64,000 bases of DNA from a virus (Duplodnaviria > Heunggongvirae > Uroviricota > Caudoviricetes). A program made the position numbers and the translations under genes. The notes beneath the pieces are model-generated. The model ran no database searches, was not told the DNA's origin, and saw only the letters and a list, made by a program, of their open reading frames with translations. This document shows positions 1 to 9,356 of the stretch, one piece after another. The stretch's first letter is position 1. Each line of letters opens with the position of its first letter. The stretch is taken from positions 38,209 through 102,208 of the IMG/VR virus record IMGVR_UViG_3300029705_000040, one strand, 5' to 3'.

Positions 1-1
1 C

Positions 2-286
2 AGTAATACTGGCTATGTATTAGTTAGTGATATAAAGTCTGATTTAAAATATTCAATTAAGTTTGAGCATGAGCTTATTTGCTCTATAAATCTTAAGATT
101 GAAAATATAGCTAAGTATACTATTCATCATATAGATCATGTTAGATACAACAATACTATAGAAAATCTTATGGTATTTAATTCTAGAAGAGAACATCTAC
201 AATTTCATAGATCTGAATATAGTTGGCTGATATATAATCCAGAAACCCATATTTTTAGTGTTGAAATTAGAAAAATAGAATCATAA
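2..286 (+). CDS. HNH endonuclease, 3' partial (runs off window start)
   Basis: Frame 2 translation ...KYTIHHIDHVRYNNTIENLMVFNSRREHLQFH... carries an HNH signature (HH..N..H); ends TAA 284-286. Confidence 0.55.
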   Translation, partial: SNTGYVLVSDIKSDLKYSIKFEHELICSINLKIENIAKYTIHHIDHVRYNNTIENLMVFNSRREHLQFHRSEYSWLIYNPETHIFSVEIRKIES

Positions 287-462
287 TTCATTATAATATG
301 ATTAATTGATAAAACCAGCTATCAATTCCTGAGATGGCTTTAGGGTACTAGAGAGTTAGTAATTTCTCTGCAGAGGAAATGGTTTGGTGAGCAGTAACCT
401 TTAGAGCTCACAGATATATAATGAAGGGTTGCATGCACTAGTAATTATGTGTTGGGTTTTAT

Positions 463-559
463 GGCGGGATGGCAGAGTCTGGTTGATTGCGGCAGTCTTG
501 AAAACTGCAGAAGGCGTGATGAGCGTCTTCCGGGGGTTCGAATCCCTCTCCCGTCGCCA
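463..559 (+). tRNA. tRNA-Ser (anticodon TGA), type II
   Basis: Acceptor GGCGGGA/TCCCGTC, anticodon stem GCAGT/ACTGC, loop CTTGAAA, long variable arm, T-loop GGTTCGAATCC, CCA encoded. Confidence 0.8.
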
Positions 560-1312
560 ATCAAATGCTAAATTTAATTTTTAGTATTTAATACCATGCT
601 GAGGAAGCGAAAGAATCGACGCGGGCCGCCAACATATGCGGCTGACGACGTTAGCAGTAAGCCAAAAGGTAACTCGAGTAGAATATGACGCTGCTGCTTG
701 GAGTGAATTGCAGTACATAGTTTTGCCTATGCTGACAAGTATATCAAATCGTCAGGTAGAAGGTGATGTATCTCAGTGAGTATGTAGTCCTTCCCTCACA
801 ACCATAGGTTTCCTAGTTACAGGATATAATTGCGCAGACTAAGACAGAACCTAGGCAGCGACGGCAAGATAACCGTGAGTAAACTTCCAAACGTTTTGTT
901 ACTTTTCGATGAATGGTTAAATGTAAAGTAAAAAGTAACTTTTATAGAGAGTGTAGTGTAACAGTAACACATGATGTTAGGGACATCAAGTAGCGGGGCA
1001 GCACCGACATTTTCTACCATTTACTAGATTGACTATCTGACACAGTTGTGATTTTACTGCCGAATTCAGTCTATGAACTGATGTGGAAAAATCTGGGTTG
1101 ATTTTGCTTTCCATTGAAAAAAGCTTGAGGTTGAGTTAGACACCTCTAAACTAACTTGCTCATCACTAGTCATGAGATTGTGCCGTCGGGACGACTAGAT
1201 GCGACTTTATACAACTATTATAAGTCCAGAACAGTGAGGGTGCTAGTCACACAAAATAGTTGTCGGCTTATCATTTAATACATAGCTAGTATTTTGTGGA
1301 TAAGCAAAATAT

Positions 1313-1383
1313 TGACCTATGGTGAAAAGGTATCACGGCGGACTGTTAATCCGTGTTTCTCAGTTCGAATCTGAGTAGGTCAG
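1313..1383 (+). tRNA. tRNA-Asn (GTT)
   Basis: Acceptor TGACCTA/TAGGTCA, D stem GTGA/TCAC, anticodon loop CTGTTAA, T-arm CTCAG-TTCGAAT-CTGAG. Confidence 0.7.
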
Positions 1384-1532
1384 GTCTCACGAACATATAT
1401 ACTTCCACGCAGTGTGAGATGGTAATCATTTATTAAATTAAGTGAGCTAGACTATATGTAAAAATTAAATATGAGTAACTTAGCTTGGTAATGGTCGACC
1501 TACTAAGTTACCAAGCTAAGGGAAAATATTGA

Positions 1533-2306
1533 ATGAAAGAGTATCCAAAAACCTTTTGTGAATTTTGCAGTAAATTTATTTCAAACAATAATATCGAAAA
1601 ACATAAATTAAGTCATTTAAATAATCCAAATTATTAGCGACGTATAGCCGGATTTACATATCAGTTGGATCATAACGATTTATTTTGTAAATTTTGCGGA
1701 AAAGAATGTAAAAATAAAAACTCTCTTATTTAGCATGAGATAAGATGTAAAAATAACCCTGATAGGTAGACAAGTGTTCGTAATAAGTTTAATAATATTG
1801 GTAGGAATGCTTGGAACAAAGGTTTAACAAAAGAAACTGATGAGAGGGTTGTTAAAAATAGCTTAAGTGTTAAAAAATTTTATTAGGAACATCCGGAAAA
1901 GAAACCTGGTGGATACAAAAAGAGTTCAGCACGAAGCTATAAATATGGAACATATAGAGGTTTTTATTGCGACTCAAGCTGGGAATTAGCTTTCATAATT
2001 TATTGTTTAGATAACAACATTGAGGTTGTAAGGAATGAAATCGGTTTCTAGTATATTAATTCTGATGGACAACAAAAAGAATTTTATCCAGATTTTATTG
2101 TAAATAGTACTTACTATGAAATTAAAGGTGGTTATGATACTTAGACAGAATATAAGATAAATCAATTTCCATATAACTTAGTTTTACTTAATTATGAAAG
2201 CATACAACCATACTTGCAATATGCAAAAAACACATATGGAAAAGATTTTATAAGATTATATGATAGAAATTATCCATCCTGGATGGATAAAGAATCTATT
2301 GAGTAA
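1533..2306 (+). CDS. Freestanding PD-(D/E)XK nuclease with two N-terminal C2H2-like zinc fingers (homing-endonuclease-like); contains 6 in-frame TAG codons
   Basis: ATG 1533 after a GGGAAAA RBS-like stretch. Codon-by-codon check gives a 257-codon frame to TAA 2304 whose only internal stops are TAG at 1635, 1731, 1767, 1884, 2049 and 2142. Motifs C-x2-C...H-x4-H (x2) and YPDF...EIK. Paralog of 14717-15643. Confidence 0.6.
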
Positions 2307-2873
2307 TACCAAAGTGATAAGTTGCTTTGTTAGTTTTGTTAATCACTTCTTAATCGGAAATCGCAAACTAAATATTGAATACAGTATAATGTGAATATAG
2401 GCGGAGCAAAAGGTAGATACGAAATTCAACGGTCCAAAGTCTTCGTTAGGGTGAAACACGGTAACTGCTTCTATGGCTGAAGGTGCCTACTGTATCTAAA
2501 ATTATTCGAGGGTAATGGCCTGCTAAAGTTGAAATGATATATACGATAGCCGAGCTGCTTCGTAGCAGACAGTAATTTTAGCGTTATAGTCCTACAGATA
2601 CGTTAAATCTGGGAACATACATAGTGGACTAATTATATTATTTTCGTAGAATTATTAATGATTATTATGTATAATTATTTAGTAAGCTGATATGGAGGTA
2701 TGTCTGTAGTTGTTCTACGCATTAGCAGCTGAAAAGTATTTATGCAGTACAGTTAACAACGAATCTTTATAACACTTGAGGAGCGGAAGAAAATTAGGTG
2801 TGGCAACAGCGACCAACTAACAGTGTCGAAGAGTTATGTAAAGTGTTATTTAGTAGTAAGTGTTAACAGGTAT

Positions 2874-2950
2874 GGCCCCATAGACAAACTGGTAGAGTCA
2901 CCAGCCCTTCAAGCTGGAATTTGCGGGTTCGAGCCCCGCTGGGGTCACCA
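2874..2950 (+). tRNA. tRNA-Glu (TTC) with C at position 33
   Basis: Acceptor GGCCCCA/TGGGGTC, anticodon stem CCAGC/GCTGG, loop CCTTCAA, T-arm GCGGG-TTCGAGC-CCCGC, CCA encoded. Confidence 0.55.
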
Positions 2951-3053
2951 TATGAAACAAATCTTTCCTATTTTCAATAACACATACTAAAGGGTTAGAA
3001 AAATAGGTGGAGGCGCCACAACCTTCGTTAACTATCAAATCTGTGGCATAATA

Positions 3054-3145
3054 TGAGAGATTAAGCAAACGGCAAAGCTCAGACTAGAAATCTGGAAGTT
3101 ATGCGCATAACTAATTAATGTAGGTTCGAATCCTACATCTCTCAA
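3054..3145 (+). tRNA. Type II tRNA with anticodon AGA (A34; Ser UCN reader?) and A73 discriminator
   Basis: Acceptor TGAGAGA/TCTCTCA, anticodon stem TCAGA/TCTGG, loop CTAGAAA, long variable hairpin GTTATGCGCATAAC, T-arm TGTAGG-TTCGAAT-CCTACA. Confidence 0.5.
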
Positions 3146-3148
3146 GTT

Positions 3149-3224
3149 GGGGTAGTAGCTCAATTGTTAGAGTATCTGCCTTCCAAGCAGAATGTTGCGG
3201 GTTAGAGTCCCGTCTGCCCCTCCA
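3149..3224 (+). tRNA. tRNA-Gly (TCC)
   Basis: Acceptor GGGGTAG/CTGCCCC, D stem GCTC/GAGT, anticodon TCTGC-CTTCCAA-GCAGA, CCA encoded. Confidence 0.8.
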
Positions 3225-3256
3225 TTATTTTTTTTTTATTTATATAGTAAAAATAG

Positions 3257-3285
3257 TTGATTTAATAAGCATTTTATTATATAAT
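3257..3285 (+). promoter_or_regulatory. sigma70-like promoter TTGATT-N17-TATAAT (family copy 1)
   Basis: Exact 17-nt spacer between TTGATT 3257-3262 and TATAAT 3280-3285. Confidence 0.6.
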
Positions 3286-3553
3286 ATAATTAGTTAATAA
3301 GTACTATATTAATTACTCGCGATAATTATTTAGTACGTAACCACAGCTAGTGTACCTTACTTTTCTTATTTGGGCAATAGATAGTTACACAATTTAGTGG
3401 TGATATAAATATAGTAACAGCTAGTATTTCTTACTTTATTCCTGGGATCAGGGCCGAACTTTTAATTCGATATATAGGGATACCTTACGTTACAAACAAT
3501 TTAACATCTCAGCTATTAGGACTTACTTTTAATGCATTCAGGAGCCGGGTGTC

Positions 3554-3613
3554 GTTGGTTCGAGTCCAACCTCCCCTACCAATATATAGGGGAGTAGCGC
3601 AGTTGGTAGCGCA
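3554..3613 (+). pseudogene. tRNA fragments in permuted order (3' half followed 6 nt later by a 5' half)
   Basis: 3554-3581 = T-arm GTTGG-TTCGAGT-CCAAC + CTCCCCT-A-CCA. 3588-3613 = AGGGGAG-TA-GCGC-AGTTGGTA-GCGC-A (acceptor 5' strand complementary to the upstream 3' strand). No anticodon arm joins them. Confidence 0.4.
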
Positions 3614-3673
3614 CCGTATAATAGTTCTAAAATTAAAACGAATTTTTATATCTAAATGGAGGTTTTAAGATAT

Positions 3674-5755
3674 ATGATGAAAGATTTGTACAGAGATTAT
3701 TTATTTAGTAAAAACATTTTGGTTTGCGTTGATGCGAATAATACTAAACATGATGATGTTTCAGCATTTTCATCTTTATTTGCTATCGCGAAAAAGTATA
3801 ATATTAAGATTAACGCTGGTAAAAGACTAGCTGATCAAGAAATTCTCAGATATCTTGAGAAGCAAATTCCTGGTAAAGTTACCGAAGCTTTTTATCGTGG
3901 ATTCCCTGAGTCTGTAAAAAGATTGAGTCCTACAGAGTTGCTTTTTGATCAACTTCTTCATTACTTCGATACGTATGTTTGCGGTAATTTTGATGGTGAT
4001 GCAGCTCACTCTGTTTTCGAGGAAACTTTCGAAACTGTAGCTTTCAATGAAAAAACTGAGATTAAGAATTTTGATATTCTTACAGAAGAAGATGCTGAAA
4101 AAGTTTTGCTTGAAATGGCTAACAATTTGCTTGCTTCTTCTAGACCTCTCAGTCAAGCTGCTTATGATTTGATTAAAGAGCTTTCTATCGATAAAAAGTT
4201 AATTATTACTGATGGTATTGCTAGTAGAGATACTGCTATTAAGTTATTGCTTGATTTAGAAGATGCTATTTTTGCTAAATATATCCAATTAAGTGATATT
4301 CTTAAAGTTGTTGAGGAATTGTTGCATAACAAATATCCTGGGATGACTCTTAAAAAGCTTAATCTTAAAAATCAAGATAGAAAGTTTGTTACTAATATTC
4401 TTAACATTAAATTTGCTAGTGGTAAACTTTCTAAATTCCAAAAAGCACTTTGCTTCGAAAGAAGAGCTGATTGGAAAGGTTTGCTTCACCAAATTCATTA
4501 TAAAGCAAAGAATGCTGCTGCATCTGAATTTGTTAATGATATCCGCAATGCAGAGAAAAATCTTTCTGTAATGGCTGATTTTGAAAACCTTATGATTAAA
4601 GGTGAAGTTGTTGGGGCTGCTGCGGTTCTCGCGAATAATAAGGGTAGCGGTGCTATTCTTAGAAATCTCAACTATATTCTTTCCAGATGTGAAAGTGCCG
4701 CAGATGTAGCAGAAGTTGTTAAATTTATCAAATCAGATAACCCTATTCTTCTTTTCCAACTTATTATGCAGTATAAGAATTATGTGGAAGATAAATCCGC
4801 ACGTACATTTACTTTCACTAAATACTATAAGCTTAAGACTCACAGAGAAACTTATGTTGAGCAATCTGCTAGAAAGTCTTTTGTTGGTAAAGAAATAAGA
4901 GATGCTGTTGTTCCTGCACTTTGGGATAATGTAAGATCTATCTACAAAAATAAGTTAGGGAAAGTCTATATTGATGAGTCAATGAAAAATATAGCTGTAC
5001 CTATGCAAGAAACAACTGCAGAAATGGGTTTGGGTGTACTTCCTAAAGGTACCAGAATGCATATCCCTGAAGGCAAAGTTGTTCGCGCTTTCACTTATTG
5101 GGAAAAGGTTAATGATATTGATTTATCTGCTATCGGTGTAACTGCTGATGGAAAGAGCATTGAATTCTCATGGAGAAGTATGTATAACAGACAGTCTGAT
5201 GCAGTTTGCTTCTCTGGAGATCAAACCTGTGGTTATAATGGTGGTAGCGAATATTATGACTTTAATTTGGAAGCTATCAAACAAAAGTATCCTACTATGA
5301 AATATTTAGTAGTATGCAATAATGTTTATAGCAGAGTACCTTTTAGCAAATGCAACTGTAAAGCGGGCTATATGCTCAGAGATAAAGTACGTTCTGGTGA
5401 GGTTTGGGAACCTAAAACTGTAGAATCATCCTTTAAGATTACTGGTGATAGCACTTATAGTTATATGTTCGCTATTGATGTTGAAAAGAATGATTTTGTA
5501 TGGCTTAATATGTGTAAAGATAGTATGGCTAGAGTAGCTGGTGACTCAGACTTTACATTCCTTGCAAAATATATTGGTATGACCGAAATTCTCAACGTAT
5601 ATACTTTGTTTGAAATGATGGCTACCGAAATTGTTGATAATAAAGAAGAAGCTGATATTTTAGTAACTGATGATATTCTTGAACTTGGGGAAAACCAAGA
5701 ACAGGTAAAATCTACAGATACTGAAAAGCTTCTCAAATATTTGAATAATAAGTAA
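3674..5755 (+). CDS. Hypothetical protein, 693 aa
   Basis: Long ORF; GGAGG at 3658-3662 precedes ATG 3674; TAA stop; no motif recognised. Confidence 0.7.
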   Translation: MMKDLYRDYLFSKNILVCVDANNTKHDDVSAFSSLFAIAKKYNIKINAGKRLADQEILRYLEKQIPGKVTEAFYRGFPESVKRLSPTELLFDQLLHYFDTYVCGNFDGDAAHSVFEETFETVAFNEKTEIKNFDILTEEDAEKVLLEMANNLLASSRPLSQAAYDLIKELSIDKKLIITDGIASRDTAIKLLLDLEDAIFAKYIQLSDILKVVEELLHNKYPGMTLKKLNLKNQDRKFVTNILNIKFASGKLSKFQKALCFERRADWKGLLHQIHYKAKNAAASEFVNDIRNAEKNLSVMADFENLMIKGEVVGAAAVLANNKGSGAILRNLNYILSRCESAADVAEVVKFIKSDNPILLFQLIMQYKNYVEDKSARTFTFTKYYKLKTHRETYVEQSARKSFVGKEIRDAVVPALWDNVRSIYKNKLGKVYIDESMKNIAVPMQETTAEMGLGVLPKGTRMHIPEGKVVRAFTYWEKVNDIDLSAIGVTADGKSIEFSWRSMYNRQSDAVCFSGDQTCGYNGGSEYYDFNLEAIKQKYPTMKYLVVCNNVYSRVPFSKCNCKAGYMLRDKVRSGEVWEPKTVESSFKITGDSTYSYMFAIDVEKNDFVWLNMCKDSMARVAGDSDFTFLAKYIGMTEILNVYTLFEMMATEIVDNKEEADILVTDDILELGENQEQVKSTDTEKLLKYLNNK

Positions 5756-5859
5756 GATTATAGAAGCGAAAAGTTTTTTCATTTTCTCCTTTGTAAAAGC
5801 TGTTATTCAATGCGAGTAACAGCTTTTAATTTTACTTATAAGATAGTTAGCTAAATTAG

Positions 5860-5888
5860 TTGATTTATTCTGTATAGTATTATATAAT
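5860..5888 (+). promoter_or_regulatory. sigma70-like promoter TTGATT-N17-TATAAT (copy 2)
   Basis: TTGATT 5860-5865, TATAAT 5883-5888. Confidence 0.55.
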
Positions 5889-5918
5889 AGATATGTAGAT
5901 AAGATAATAAATCTATAT

Positions 5919-5995
5919 AGGGGATTGGTATAGTAGGTGATTATTCGGGTCTCCAAAACCTTGAGAAAAAAGTTCGAGTCTTTTATCCCCTGCCA
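5919..5995 (+). tRNA. tRNA-Trp (CCA)
   Basis: Acceptor AGGGGAT/ATCCCCT-G-CCA, anticodon loop CTCCAAA, T-loop TTCGAGT; resembles E. coli tRNA-Trp. Confidence 0.7.
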
Positions 5996-6132
5996 CAGCT
6001 TGATATGATAACAAATAGCGACACAAGCCCAAGTGTTTGTATAATTATACTTAAGAAATAAATAGATAATTATACAGTGCCTATCAAATAGTCAGATGTG
6101 TGGTTAGCCGACCTTAAGGTGTTTCATTTTAT

Positions 6133-6207
6133 GGCTTGGTAGTTCAGTGGTAGAACGATGGACTGAAAATCCATATGTCGATGGTTCAATCCCATCTCAA
6201 GCCACCA
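6133..6207 (+). tRNA. tRNA-Phe (GAA)
   Basis: Acceptor GGCTTGG/TCAAGCC, D GTTC/GAAC, anticodon ATGGA-CTGAAAA-TCCAT, T GATGG-TTCAATC-CCATC, CCA. Confidence 0.85.
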
Positions 6208-6354
6208 AGCCGAGTGTTGACGTTTTATAATCTTTTTCAAACGGGGCTAACGGTAGCAAAAAGAGGACTTTTTCAAATCCGTAGATAAGTAGGTTTTAAG
6301 TTGAAAAACCAAATACCATACAGTAGTAACTGGTCAAAAAGATTCTACTAATAT

Positions 6355-6463
6355 AATTGAGTGGCTGAATGGCAAGGCACACCTCCGAAAAGGTTTGGTG
6401 GTTTCCGGTTCGACTCCGGTTTAGGTTGTGGTAACTCATACAAGTTCGAGTCTTGTCTCAATT
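6355..6463 (+). other. Aberrant ~109-nt tRNA-like element (tRNA-Ser-like D-loop, two T-arm hairpins)
   Basis: Acceptor AATTGAG...CTCAATT are perfect complements. D-loop GAGTGGCTGAA is identical to E. coli tRNA-Ser. Internal hairpin CCGG-TTCGACT-CCGG plus terminal T-arm ACAAG-TTCGAGT-CTTGT. Anticodon arm ACCT-CCGAAA-AGGT has a 6-nt loop. Confidence 0.35.
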
Positions 6464-6473
6464 ATTTCTACAT

Positions 6474-6562
6474 GCGTCGGTAGCCCGTAAATAGTAGCGG
6501 ACCAGACTGTAAATCTGGTGGCCTGACGGCCTCTGGGGGTGCAAGTCCCTCACGGCGCACCA
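6474..6562 (+). tRNA. tRNA-Tyr (GTA), type II
   Basis: Acceptor GCGTCGG/ACGGCGC-A-CCA, anticodon CCAGA-CTGTAAA-TCTGG, variable arm TGGCCTGACGGCCTCT. Confidence 0.8.
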
Positions 6563-6566
6563 ACTT

Positions 6567-6643
6567 CTTTCTGTACCCGAATTGGCATAGGGGCATGACT
6601 AAGGATCATGTTTTTGGAGGTTCAAGTCCTCTCAGAAAGACCA
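6567..6643 (+). tRNA. tRNA with anticodon AAG (A34; Leu CUN reader?) with short variable arm, G37, A73
   Basis: Acceptor CTTTCTG/CAGAAAG, anticodon CATGA-CTAAGGA-TCATG, T GGAGG-TTCAAGT-CCTCT, CCA. Confidence 0.55.
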
Positions 6644-6784
6644 TTGTTAATAAATCTCAAGTATTCTACTGGGTAGTGTGGTGTAGTTAACAGTACGTTC
6701 GAGTCGTATGTAAAACTTGAGGAAAGTAGTTGAACTACATTGATGACTACTTAACAAAATTATATAATGAGGTAATAACCTGTT

Positions 6785-7531
6785 ATGAACGAACAACTTA
6801 ATTTAACACCGCAAGAATATTTTGATCAAGTAAAAGAAAAGAAACAACATGTTACCGATGAAATGCTTAATCAAGTATATGATAACTGTTTGACGCTTCT
6901 TAATAAATATAAGATTACAGGTCAAAAAACTGGTATTAAAAAATTACTTTTTCATTTAGAATGTATTGAAAAAGAGCGTGAAATCATTAAGCTAGGTGTA
7001 GATACTTTTGTATATAAAGATGATATCGAAGAATATATCGATAATGTAGCAGATGATGCAGTTAAGATTATCGAGCTCGAAAATTATGAAAGAGATATCC
7101 CTAATGAGATTGTTGAGCTTATTGATAAAGTAAAAGATAAATTCGATAGACTTTATGTTGTTTTCACTGATTATACTGGAAAAGAAGAGCGTAAAATAGC
7201 TAAAGAAAAGCATGCTAAAGATCCTATTCTTTTTGGAACATTCTTAAATGATAGTAAGCGAGTTGTTGTAGATAGATTCTATTATTTAGGCGACTGGATC
7301 GATGAGTACTGTGATCTAACTCTTGATAAGATGGTTAATGAGTATAAGCAAGAAACTGGAAAAGAGATTCGCAGAACAATTAAAACACCTGCTGATATAG
7401 AGGAATTAAAAGATCAATTGAAAGGTCTTACACCATCAACAGTAACTAATGGCTTATATTTGATCAGTAATGAGCAACCTAAAAAGTCTTTTTTCAGCAA
7501 AATAAAATCTATTTTTAGTAAAAACAAATGA
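6785..7531 (+). CDS. Hypothetical protein, 248 aa
   Basis: ORF with upstream GAGG; TGA stop overlaps next start (ATGA). Confidence 0.7.
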   Translation: MNEQLNLTPQEYFDQVKEKKQHVTDEMLNQVYDNCLTLLNKYKITGQKTGIKKLLFHLECIEKEREIIKLGVDTFVYKDDIEEYIDNVADDAVKIIELENYERDIPNEIVELIDKVKDKFDRLYVVFTDYTGKEERKIAKEKHAKDPILFGTFLNDSKRVVVDRFYYLGDWIDEYCDLTLDKMVNEYKQETGKEIRRTIKTPADIEELKDQLKGLTPSTVTNGLYLISNEQPKKSFFSKIKSIFSKNK

Positions 7532-7959
7532 AAAGAAACGTTGATTTAACAGTTAATGGAGATTTTTCAGATAGATCTACTGCATCAAATGGAAGTTTTA
7601 TATCTGTTTGGAATTTATTTCTAACTGGTGGTGATAGAATTCCTTGGAAATATTCTAAAGTTAAAGAAGTGCATTCTCAAGAAGATGCATTACACTCTGA
7701 CTTAGTAATAACTGGGAATAAATCAGATAGAGTTAGATATAGAGCTATGCAAATAGCAGAATCAACTAAACATTGCGATAGATGTGGCAAAAAATTAAAT
7801 ATAATGAATTCAGACTTAAACATGAGCTTATGCTCTAAATGCTATAAATCACTTGAAAAAGATTATGGTAAGGTAAAAATACCTTTTATAGACATAAATT
7901 TAGGTCATAAAATCGGAAATAATTACTGGACTCAATATATGAATCATAGAGCAAGATAA
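7528..7959 (+). CDS. Hypothetical protein with C-terminal zinc ribbon (CDRCG...CSKC)
   Basis: ORF; start is translationally coupled to the previous gene. Confidence 0.65.
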   Translation: MKRNVDLTVNGDFSDRSTASNGSFISVWNLFLTGGDRIPWKYSKVKEVHSQEDALHSDLVITGNKSDRVRYRAMQIAESTKHCDRCGKKLNIMNSDLNMSLCSKCYKSLEKDYGKVKIPFIDINLGHKIGNNYWTQYMNHRAR

Positions 7960-7984
7960 GGTAGTTATAATCTACCTTTAATAC

Positions 7985-8066
7985 GCCCTTATAGACGAAC
8001 TGGCCTAGTCAGCGGACTTAGAATCCGTGCGTAAGCGTCTCCGTTCAAATCGGAGTAGGGGCACCA
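7985..8066 (+). tRNA. tRNA-Leu (TAG), type II
   Basis: Acceptor GCCCTTA/TAGGGGC-A-CCA, 3-bp D stem GAC/GTC, anticodon GCGGA-CTTAGAA-TCCGT, long variable arm. Confidence 0.8.
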
Positions 8067-8151
8067 GTAAATCTTAGATGTATCGATACAGACTAAGCAG
8101 AGCGAGTGTCCCTTGCGTCCTCGGTAAAACTCTGAAAATCGCATGGACCAT

Positions 8152-8244
8152 GGTGAGATGGGTGAGTTGGCTGAAACCAGTCCCCTGCTAAGGGACCGAC
8201 CCTGGAAACGGGGTCCGCGAGTTCGAATCTCGCTCTCACCGCCA
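8152..8244 (+). tRNA. tRNA-Ser (GCT), type II
   Basis: Acceptor GGTGAGA/TCTCACC-G-CCA, anticodon GTCCC-CTGCTAA-GGGAC, variable arm ~20 nt. Confidence 0.8.
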
Positions 8245-8286
8245 CTTATAGGTTGATAACTTATCCTATAAAAGAGTTATTGAGGT

Positions 8287-8332
8287 TAGTTGTAAGCCAA
8301 AAGCAGCAATAGGTTCAAGTCCTGTACAACAA
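8287..8332 (+). other. Truncated tRNA-like minihelix (acceptor + T-arm only)
   Basis: TAGTTGT...ATAGG-TTCAAGT-CCTGT-ACAACAA; the 15-nt linker replaces the D and anticodon arms. Confidence 0.3.
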
Positions 8333-8397
8333 CAAAGGTATGTAGAGTGTACCTTAAGCACTCCGCTATGTGCGCTAACAGCGAAAGCGTACTAATT

Positions 8398-8474
8398 GTC
8401 TCTTTGGTGTAATGGATTAGCATAACTCCCTACGAAGGAGCAGATAAGAGTTCAAATCTTTTAGGGGACGCCAG
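8398..8474 (+). tRNA. tRNA-Arg (ACG)
   Basis: Acceptor GTCTCTT/AGGGGAC-G-CCA, anticodon loop CTACGAA (same as E. coli Arg-ICG), T AAGAG-TTCAAAT-CTTTT. Confidence 0.75.
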
Positions 8475-8480
8475 TATATT

Positions 8481-8768
8481 ATGAAAGAAATTACAAAAAC
8501 GATAAAACTAAATAGAGATTTAAAACAGTCTTTCTATAATAAAAGAACGGCTAAAGTTAGGTTATTTGTTTGTCCTAAATATAAGGGTAAGCAAGATGTA
8601 CGAATATTTATAGAAAGTATTGATGATTATGCTTTGTTTCTTAATAGAGAATGTTATTCAGATGAAGAAGTAGAGTTAGCTTATAATGCGTTAAAAGTAA
8701 TTTTTGATAGTATACCAAAAGTTCTAACTAGACAATGGTGTAAAGAAAATAATTTCGAACTATATTAA
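8481..8768 (+). CDS. Hypothetical protein, 95 aa
   Basis: ORF immediately 3' of the tRNA; TAA stop. Confidence 0.55.
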   Translation: MKEITKTIKLNRDLKQSFYNKRTAKVRLFVCPKYKGKQDVRIFIESIDDYALFLNRECYSDEEVELAYNALKVIFDSIPKVLTRQWCKENNFELY

Positions 8769-8775
8769 ATAATAT

Positions 8776-8849
8776 GTCCGAATAGCCAAGCGGTAAGGCA
8801 GGGGACTGCAACTCCCCGATCATCTGTTCGAATCAGATTTCGGACTCCA
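8776..8849 (+). tRNA. tRNA-Cys (GCA)
   Basis: Acceptor GTCCGAA/TTCGGAC-T-CCA, anticodon GGGGA-CTGCAAC-TCCCC. Confidence 0.85.
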
Positions 8850-8911
8850 AATAAAATATAAGGGAGGATTTCATAATGCAGCTATAAAAGATTAATTTTA
8901 GGAGAACCATT

Positions 8912-9274
8912 ATGAAACAACGTCACAAATATTTTAGAAACCAGCGTTACAGAAATAAAGCTGAGCAAAAAGCTCTTATGACAGGTTGGGGTTATGGAAG
9001 ATATTATTATTTCATAACTAAAGAACCAGATCCTGCTAATCTTAGAGAGTGGCCTTTTACGCCTGACATTAAAGCTAGAGGTAAGGATTACTATTGTTAT
9101 TATTGCAATAAACCTACTGTTCCATATACTATTATGCAGGGCCAACGTAGAAGGACTTTTCCCAAATATTATAGAAATTATTGTAATAGACGTCTTAGAA
9201 AAACTTTTAAAGATGAAATTTATAATAATTGCTTATATAAGAAGCTTACTGAATATTGGTGGACTATTGATTAA
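8912..9274 (+). CDS. Hypothetical basic protein, 120 aa
   Basis: ORF with AGGAG RBS. Confidence 0.6.
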   Translation: MKQRHKYFRNQRYRNKAEQKALMTGWGYGRYYYFITKEPDPANLREWPFTPDIKARGKDYYCYYCNKPTVPYTIMQGQRRRTFPKYYRNYCNRRLRKTFKDEIYNNCLYKKLTEYWWTID

Positions 9275-9280
9275 AAATAG

Positions 9281-9309
9281 TTGATTTTTACTTAGATTTA
9301 TATTATAAT
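9281..9309 (+). promoter_or_regulatory. sigma70-like promoter TTGATT-N17-TATAAT (copy 3)
   Basis: TTGATT 9281-9286, TATAAT 9304-9309. Confidence 0.55.
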
Positions 9310-9356
9310 ATATGTATAAAATATAGATATGATTGATATAATCATCTCTATAATAT

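Noticed and set aside
817-1020. Minus-strand ORFs from the six-frame track (817-1020, 3827-4156, 4289-4498, 5461-5736, 6992-7213, 8882-9145, 14238-14432, 14565-14756, 16417-16608, 17445-17672, 23939-24186, 25577-25765, 27867-28442, 30079-30303, 30857-31198, 31600-31785, 33244-33504, 33933-34133, 34197-34394, 36048-36248, 38394-38612, 42824-43009, 47232-47456, 51197-51624, 53129-53314, 53888-54451, 57128-57392, 60356-60580, 61156-61422, 63130-63375)
   Set aside because: All lie antisense to better-supported plus-strand genes, tRNAs or structured non-coding DNA; they have low-complexity AT-rich translations and no RBS. The entire window appears to be transcribed left to right.
1533-2306. Interpreting TAG-interrupted nuclease, toxin, RHH and fibre genes as pseudogenes
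   Set aside because: Every internal stop is TAG; no TAA, TGA or frameshift occurs across about 3.5 kb of such genes (apart from the two fibre frame slips). TAG positions are conserved between paralogs. No normal gene uses TAG as its stop. Random decay would not produce this.
3674-5755. Speculated that the 693-aa protein after the tRNA block might be Ro60/TROVE-like or TerD-like (C-terminal …FSGDQTCGYNGGSEYYDFNL…)
   Set aside because: Only a vague local resemblance; no confident motif match from memory, so left as hypothetical.
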